From assembly GCF_040938485.1 (NCBI RefSeq), contig NW_027271040.1, forward strand, positions 3,286,001 through 3,350,000: a DNA stretch of 64,000 nucleotides, in the 5' to 3' direction. The position numbers were made by a program, and so were the translations under genes. The stretch is from Diadema antillarum (Eukaryota). This document shows, one piece after another, positions 62,965 to 64,000 of this stretch (the stretch's first letter is position 1; every line of letters starts with the position of its first letter). Below the pieces are notes generated by a model that worked only from the letters and a program-made list of their open reading frames with translations, did not search any database and was not told the DNA's origin.

Positions 62965-64000
62965 GACCCTAGAGCAATTTCCCACCTTGGATGTGCTATG
63001 CAACACATTTGTGCTACAGGGAGCAATACTTTTGCGGGTTGTTAATTTCACCAATATCGTTTGACTCCCTTGAAAGTGCAAGAATAACATTACTACACAA
63101 TGTACAGATTATACAATATATCCATATCAGGATACATACATGATTGACATGTACTAGCCAGTGGAGTACCATCTAAGCAAGAGTGGCTGAAAAGACATTG
63201 GTCCTCACCGCTGATGTCAACAAATACCGGTATATTCCGAGCTTGACATTGTTGACTATGACATTTATCTGCATGATTGCTATCACATCAGAAAAGAGTC
63301 TTAAAAGATCACCATGGTGGTCAAAGGAACGAATCACTCAGATATACAAAATCATGAAACTTTTGACCACAAAATTGACCACAAATACTTCTACCCTCAT
63401 TGCCCTTTCAGAGGAGGCAGTCACAGGGTAAACAACAAATATTGCTATCACCCCATCAGTGTGCTTTACACGTTCAGATGAAGTTTTCGATTGGCCTCAC
63501 TTGTTTAAACTCATATTTCATATTTACATGAAGATCACACAAGTTGTGCATCAAGAATGGCATTCATGTGTGTGGCAATTAAAGTAGTACATCTTTTAAC
63601 AGCTCTATGAAGGAAAGTAATTCATTTCATGCAACATAATATTCACAGCAGCCATGATTTTATTTTTTAAAGTGTTTATGGTAAGCTGTGCAACTTAAAT
63701 ACTAGTACCTATACATTATGCTACTTCTACCACCTTACTTTCACTACTACAGGTACTCAGTGCTAGATCTTTTTGCTTTTGAATGTCCAATATATTGGAG
63801 TGGCAATGTGAATCCTTGCTTGAAATTAATTTTTCCTTCATTTATAAATTTTGACATCCACAGTTCATCTCTACCTCTCATCTGGTCATCTCTCTCAAGA
63901 ATGCTTGGTACAAAGCACAAGAAGCACCTAGAGAAAATGTTTGATTTAGAATGTACTTGTACCAGGAGCAATTCAAATGAATGAAACTCTCCTATTCACA

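Noticed and set aside
62970-64000. RAG2L remnant on the minus strand
   Set aside because: Manual translation of the frames I checked showed no kelch-repeat or PHD pattern; ORF 63747..63971 is unrecognisable.

Overview
AT-rich, intron-containing animal genomic DNA. It is most likely an invertebrate deuterostome such as a sea urchin; this is inferred from the RAG1-like relic, the human-like GSTT intron positions and the repeat landscape. Two short N-gaps are present. Two intact genes sit head-to-head about 10 kb apart. On the minus strand is a single-coding-exon glyoxalase-domain gene (GLOD5-like, 32590-33120). On the plus strand is a five-exon theta-class glutathione S-transferase (43144-48986). 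The GST carries two tandem, in-frame, 151-nt copies of exon 3 (44686-44836 and 45132-45282; 26/50 aa identical), the pattern expected of mutually exclusive exons, and it ends in a peroxisomal SKL signal. Near the right end lie a decayed pogo/Tigger transposase (57.5-58.8 kb) and a near-full-length but disabled RAG1-like recombinase gene (59.07-61.77 kb). The RAG1-like relic keeps its N-terminal Zn motif, C3HC4 RING, NBD-like segment and core; D600 and D708 are retained and the E962 codon has become TAA. No RAG2L or TIR was recognisable. The rest is non-coding and rich in non-autonomous DNA elements: TTAA-flanked foldbacks, TA-flanked MITEs, an 818-bp foldback with a 4-bp TSD, a Crypton-like hairpin element, a 4.4-kb TIR element with a 5-bp TSD enclosing a ~170-bp satellite, a tandem array of hairpins upstream of the GST, and a pearl/HINE-like element. 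All alignments and translations were done by eye; repeat boundaries may be off by a few bases.
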